DNA of 32,000 nucleotides from Wolbachia endosymbiont of Ctenocephalides felis wCfeJ (lineage in GTDB: Bacteria; Pseudomonadota; Alphaproteobacteria; Rickettsiales; Anaplasmataceae), in the NCBI RefSeq assembly GCF_012277315.1, contig NZ_CP051157.1, forward strand, positions 909,279 through 941,278, in the 5' to 3' direction. Below, piece by piece: positions 27,258-32,000 of this stretch (within the stretch, counting starts at the first letter, position 1; each line of letters opens with the position of its first letter). The position numbers were made by a program, and so were the translations under genes. The notes below the pieces were generated by a model that was given only the letters and a program-made list of their open reading frames with translations, made no database searches and was not told the DNA's origin.

Positions 27258-28162
27258 ATGAATCAAGATATAACTGAACTGTTTTGCTTAGTCGATGACT
27301 TTTGTAAATCTATAGAGGAAAATTTTGCAGATAAGCTACTATCGAATGCTCGAAAACCGACAAGAGTAACTGAAATTACGCTTCCTGAGATCGTGACAAT
27401 AGTTCTCCTCTATCAACAATCTCCATGCAAAAATTTTAAAGCATTCTATCTATATCACTTAACATCCACTTACAAATCAGAGTTTCCAAAATTGCCTTCA
27501 TACACTCGGTTTGTTGCTCTAAAACCTAGAGTTTTGTGGCATTTAGCAATGTTGCTGCAATGGTTATGTGAGCAAGCAAAAGAAACAGGTATATCCTATA
27601 TTGATTCAACTTCTATTGCAGTCTGTCATGCAAAAAGGATATACATAAACAAAGTTTTTGCTGGCATTGCAAAATTAAGCAAGAGCTCCTATAGCTGGTT
27701 TTTTGGTTTTAAATTACATATGGTAATCAATGAAAATGGTGAAATTCAGGCGCTTACTCTGACAACAGGCAATGTTGACGATAGGAAGCCAGTTCCAAAC
27801 CTCACGGAAAAATTAATAGATCTGTTATTTGGAGATAAAGGTTATATTGCAAAAGAGCTGTTTGATCGAGGACTGAAACTTGTTACCAAGGTAAAAAGGG
27901 TATGAAAAATACGTTAATTTCCCTAAATGAGAAGATTTTGCTGAGAAAAAGGTCTATTATTGAAACGGTTTTTGGCTACCTCAAAAATAGACTTGAGGTT
28001 GAACATACTCGTCATAGATCTCCTGCTAATTTTCTGGTTCATATCTTTTCTACTCTCATTTCTTATTCTATGAAACCTCAAAAGCCTTCCATTTCCTATT
28101 CTTCCTTCCTTAATCCAGAATTAGCGTTTACAGATGAACTTTGCCAATTTATGGATTACTAA
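27258..28162 (+). pseudogene. IS982-family-like transposase split by a frameshift
   Basis: 'SYIDSTSIAVCHAKRI...FGFKLHMVINENGEIQALTLTTGNVDDRKPV...GDKGYIAKELFDRGLKLVTKVKRV*' (27258-27905), then 'MKNTLISLNEKILLRKRSIIETVFGYLKNRLEVEHTRHRSPANFLVHIFSTLISY' (27902-28162). Adding one A to the A5 run (gtaaaaaggg) restores a continuous reading frame. Confidence 0.85.
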
Positions 28163-28268
28163 CATGAATATATTTATTACGTTAAGAGTTTATGTAAACA
28201 CCTAATCTTACTACAGAAACTCAAAAATTGCAAAATAATAAAAATATTATGTTGAAATTAGCTTGACT

Positions 28269-28300
28269 CATATAATATATTACACATAATATATTATATG
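28269..28300. promoter_or_regulatory. Perfect 14-bp AT-rich inverted repeat upstream of an ankyrin gene
   Basis: catataatatatta (28269-28282) - caca - taatatattatatg (28287-28300), followed by the SD-like aggaggtgg and ATG at 28319. Confidence 0.7.
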
Positions 28301-28318
28301 TTTTGACTAGGAGGTGGT

Positions 28319-30361
28319 ATGGCTTCTACTACAAAGTTAAAAAAACATGAAGAAGAGGAATTAAGTACTGGGCAAGAGTATTTGGAAACAGATGAACCAT
28401 TTGATGATGGACATGAGTTAATTAAAGAAGAATACCTGTTACAAGTTTCATGTAATAATCATTTAGAAACCTCGTGGACTCAAACAGTCATTTTGCCATT
28501 TGAAAGTTATAATATGGTGCCACCATCCTTGATGGATGATCGAGATTCACTACGAAAACAAGTATGTGTTTGGTTTGCTCAAGAGCATGATCTCAAGGGA
28601 AGTCAAAAAGAGTTAAACGCAAAACTACTAAGTATTTTAAAATACCTAGACTGGTACGAGGATAATATTTTTGATTATGATAATGGCAGTGCTGTTGAAC
28701 TTGAAGAATTTTTAAAAAGTAATGAAAATGACCCAAATCTAAAAGTCATTCTTGACCTTCCAAGGGGAGAATCCGGGGTAACGGTGTTGCATGCGGTTTC
28801 AAGAGCTCGTACAAGGGAAGCGATTCGTGATCGGGTAGATCAAGCTGTAGATTTACTTTTGAAAGCAGGAGCAGATCCTAACGCAAAGAATAATGAAGGA
28901 GAAACACCTTTGCACTATGCTGCTGCTATTGGTAATAATAAAGGTGTAAGCTCACTACTTCGGGCTGGTGCTAATCCAAGTATGTGTGATAGACAAGGAA
29001 AAACTCCACAACAGATTGCAATTGCTGGTGGTCACTACAATGTTGCATGGTCCCTTTTAACTAAGAAACAAGAGAAGCTGAGGCAAGAATTATGTAACAT
29101 TTGGTTCAATCATACAGATCTTTTTGCCTTAAATAAATTAAAAGAGCTTGTAAAAAGGTTTTTAGATGAACATAAGAGTAACCCAGACCTAAAAGTGGTA
29201 CTAAATATTCGGGGAACAGGAAGTAAGGCGTTATTTCTTGAACTTGCTGATAATATTTGTTATGCTAATGCAGGTATTTCTGATGTTAATGAAGCCATTG
29301 GTGTAGAAATAAGAAACTTATTTTTAGAGGCAGGGGCATCAGATGATATACGTCATTGCCTAGTAAAGGAAGAACTACCTTGCACTTTATGGCGTAATTT
29401 AACGCCAGCCCAACAAAAAAAACTAGATGATTTTTTAGGTAGAATATCTAAAGTTGAATGTGTGAGCAAGCTAGAAAAAATTGTAGATGAGGCCATCAGG
29501 TCTGGGGTGCGACTAGGTTTTAACGAAGACTTTTCTCCACAGTGCCCTTTTCCAGACGATTGGCATAGTTTTGCAGATTATGTGATAAAAAGAATTGGTG
29601 AGTTAAAAGGGAATCCTAAAACTGCTAGTGATATAATATGTAAACTGATTTCAAAGGGGGCAGTATTGTATAATAGAAACAGTATGGATATAATTGACGA
29701 ACTGGAATTAGAATTTAAAGATTTTAGAGCTAATTTGGACAAAACTTATGCAAGTCATAGGAATAATGCTAATAAATTTATTAAAGCTGCAAGAGAAGCA
29801 ACCACTGGTAGGCTGAATGATGTGAGAATAGATAACACTACTTTTTACTTAGAATATTCAGAAGATAGCACAATAAATGTTGCAATGATCACAGATGAAG
29901 AAAAAAATTTGGTACCAAACCAGAAAAACATACAATCTAGAAAAGATATAATAAAGATCGGTAAAAGTGAGGTGGAAATTATAACGGTAAATGGCGTCAG
30001 GCATTATACTGACCTTATAGATGGTAGTGATATAGTATTAATTTTCTATACCAGTTTGGGAGAATTAGAAGTGAGACTGTACCCTGATATGCAAAATAAG
30101 AACCTAGTAAAGGTAGAAGTAAGAGATCAAGAAATGTGGGAAAAATTAAAGAATTGTGAAGAAGAAATAGGAAAAAATTGCTCACTGGGTAGGTATTCAG
30201 TGTACGACGCTGTTGAACGAGGATATTTTGAAAGGCCAGAAAAACTGCGCCAACCTTCTGAAAAAATTATCTTACCTGATGAACAGAAAAAAGGAGAGTG
30301 GTGTAGGAGAATAAGTGAAGTACCAAGTTCAGAACAAACAACAAGCCGTACTATAGGGTAA
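28319..30361 (+). CDS. Ankyrin repeat domain-containing protein
   Basis: 'GVTVLHAVSRARTREAIRDRVDQAVDLLLKAGADPNAKNNEGETPLHYAAAIGNNKGVSSLLRAGANPSMCDRQGKTPQQIAIAGGHYNVAWSLL'; good SD (taggaggtgg). Confidence 0.92.
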   Translation: MASTTKLKKHEEEELSTGQEYLETDEPFDDGHELIKEEYLLQVSCNNHLETSWTQTVILPFESYNMVPPSLMDDRDSLRKQVCVWFAQEHDLKGSQKELNAKLLSILKYLDWYEDNIFDYDNGSAVELEEFLKSNENDPNLKVILDLPRGESGVTVLHAVSRARTREAIRDRVDQAVDLLLKAGADPNAKNNEGETPLHYAAAIGNNKGVSSLLRAGANPSMCDRQGKTPQQIAIAGGHYNVAWSLLTKKQEKLRQELCNIWFNHTDLFALNKLKELVKRFLDEHKSNPDLKVVLNIRGTGSKALFLELADNICYANAGISDVNEAIGVEIRNLFLEAGASDDIRHCLVKEELPCTLWRNLTPAQQKKLDDFLGRISKVECVSKLEKIVDEAIRSGVRLGFNEDFSPQCPFPDDWHSFADYVIKRIGELKGNPKTASDIICKLISKGAVLYNRNSMDIIDELELEFKDFRANLDKTYASHRNNANKFIKAAREATTGRLNDVRIDNTTFYLEYSEDSTINVAMITDEEKNLVPNQKNIQSRKDIIKIGKSEVEIITVNGVRHYTDLIDGSDIVLIFYTSLGELEVRLYPDMQNKNLVKVEVRDQEMWEKLKNCEEEIGKNCSLGRYSVYDAVERGYFERPEKLRQPSEKIILPDEQKKGEWCRRISEVPSSEQTTSRTIG

Positions 30362-30462
30362 AAGGATGACATGTTCAATGTTCACAGCACTACCTATTTA
30401 ATATTTCAAGGAAGTGTTTTAAGAAGCTTGCTCAATGCTTATGTTTTTTTAGAAATGTCCTT

Positions 30463-31101
30463 TTATGCCCGATTCAAAGGAGGATAAGCAGTAACAGGTT
30501 GTTCCATATCTTCTATTTTTTCGAGCTTAGTGCTGGGCTTTATAGCATTATACAGTGCAAAACCCAGACAAACCAACCCAACAATCCCGCCAACTACCGC
30601 TATAACGTGCATTTTCAGGATATACAATGTAAGACTATTCGCTAGTAACACCACACCAACTAAACCAGCTACGATTGCTCGCCTTTGTTGCGTTGCTTTT
30701 GGTAATGGTTTTTCTTGTTCGTTAGCAGTACTATTATCAAAACAAGGCTTTGTTTCAGCTAAAGAGAGGTTGTCAGAGGCGTTTGGTGTTTCATCTACAG
30801 AAGCAGTGAGTGAAGCAGCTTGATCTTCTATTGTTGTTATATCACTATTTTCGCATGATTCAACTATGTTGGTTTCAATATTAACAGCAGCATCTACTGT
30901 AGCAGTAGGGGAAAGGGTTTGCTGTTCAATGGTTGTTTCCGTGTTAAGAACATCTTCCAAAGGTTTTTCTGGTCCTGGTGAAAGTTTCCTACCACTAGAA
31001 ACACTTGGTCCTTGTGTAGCAGTTTCTTTTGGAGCGGCGATGTCCTTCAAATTTCTTAATTTTTTGACAATAGCTTTCTTTACTTTTTTTGGTAGTTTCA
31101 T
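30463..31101 (-). CDS. Putative membrane protein with C-terminal hydrophobic helices (EAM hypothetical)
   Basis: 'AIVAGLVGVVLLANSLTLYILKMHVIAVVGGIVGLVCLGFALYNAI'. An SD-like AAGGAG precedes ATG at 31101 (MKLPKKVKKAIVKKL), so this start is preferred over the track start at 31149. Confidence 0.75.
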   Translation of the reverse strand: MKLPKKVKKAIVKKLRNLKDIAAPKETATQGPSVSSGRKLSPGPEKPLEDVLNTETTIEQQTLSPTATVDAAVNIETNIVESCENSDITTIEDQAASLTASVDETPNASDNLSLAETKPCFDNSTANEQEKPLPKATQQRRAIVAGLVGVVLLANSLTLYILKMHVIAVVGGIVGLVCLGFALYNAIKPSTKLEKIEDMEQPVTAYPPLNRA

Positions 31102-31775
31102 AATGTCTTCTCCTTTTATGTTAAAGTTTATTAATTGAGGAAATGGCAACAGGATTAGCTGCCTACCCCATAAGCTTGGTGTTCTTTTTTAATCAAAGGT
31201 ATTTTGCTATTCTTTCGCTGTAAAATGTTTAGCTTACTCAAACAGCACTAACACGATTTACCTCTTTTTGGATGTAAAAGTCTTCTAGGAATTGTTCTCT
31301 TAAACTCTAAGATATTTTGTTCAACATTGTAACAGGATTCAGAGAACTTGTATTTGGCGTACTATTGTTTAATTTTTCGCACTATGTGCACTGCATGTCT
31401 TTTTAAAACTTCGGGTTTTTGCCCATACAAGCTGAAACGCGCTTATAAGTCGTTTAAGACATCACCCAACGCCGGATTTTAAAATAGAGAGTGGAATAAC
31501 TAGCTACCTCGGGGTTTTATTGTCTTTTCTTCCTGTCTGGTAAATTTCTTAAATATTATAGCTTAGACTAGTTGCGTTTAAAAGCAGCTAAATTGCAGCG
31601 TTTAAGACATAAAAACGCCGATACTGAAAATAAATACTGACCAGGGCTTCTTTTGCCTTTTTTCATTTGGTAGATTTCTTATAGCTAATGTCTTGCTATT
31701 TGCTTTTCGAAACAAATAGATTGAATCTTTCTACAGAATTATGTATAATTATTAATACCTTTTAAGTTCATTTGT

Positions 31776-32000
31776 TATGGCTTTTTCTAAATTTCTCGAT
31801 CCAAAATTGGACTTAACCTTCAAGAAAATCTTTGGTACTGAAAAAAATAAGAAGATCCTTATCCATTTTTTAAATGATATTCTAGGGTGTACTGAAGTTA
31901 ATACTATACAAGAAATAGAATTTATCAGCACCATTTTGAATCCTGAAATTGCCTCTGAGAGACAAAGTATAGTTGATGTTCTCTGTCAGGATTCTGTTGG
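31776..32000 (+). CDS. Rpn-family recombination-promoting nuclease/putative transposase, truncated by the window end
   Basis: 'MAFSKFLDPKLDLTFKKIFGTEKNKKILIHFLNDILGCTEVNTIQEIEFISTILNPEIASERQSIVDVLCQDSVG', paralogous to 9840-10439. Confidence 0.8.

Noticed and set aside
30530-31138. 97-aa and 90-aa plus-strand ORFs
   Set aside because: Antisense to the membrane protein gene, which has a plausible RBS.

Overview
The window looks like a Wolbachia chromosome/prophage WO boundary followed by a eukaryotic association module (EAM). On the minus strand there is a probable rpsF fragment and dnaE, which carries an in-frame palindromic-element insertion. These are followed by a large serine recombinase, radC, a tandem-HTH regulator, mutL, and then a very large gene tract (about 10.8-24.9 kb). 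That tract reads as cifA followed by a CifB-like gene with two PD-(D/E)XK nuclease domains. Although annotated as several ORFs, the sequence downstream of the nuclease ORF appears to be one giant reading unit of about 12.8 kb (~4,260 codons). Its module order is dual nuclease, TcdA/TcdB-like pore-forming region, RTX-like region, ankyrins, 50-aa tandem repeats, a long ankyrin array and a latrotoxin-CTD-like C-terminus. It is interrupted by three apparent single-base frame changes, one of which lies on a canonical A_AAA_AAC slippery heptamer. This matches the multi-domain (type V-like) cytoplasmic incompatibility factor architecture. The remainder contains an internally deleted Rpn-family gene, a decayed IS5-family element with recognisable terminal inverted repeats, an orphan secreted protein, a frameshifted IS982-like transposase, an ankyrin gene preceded by a perfect 14-bp inverted repeat, a membrane protein, and the start of a second Rpn-family paralogue. 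All assignments come from reading motifs by eye; no database search was run.
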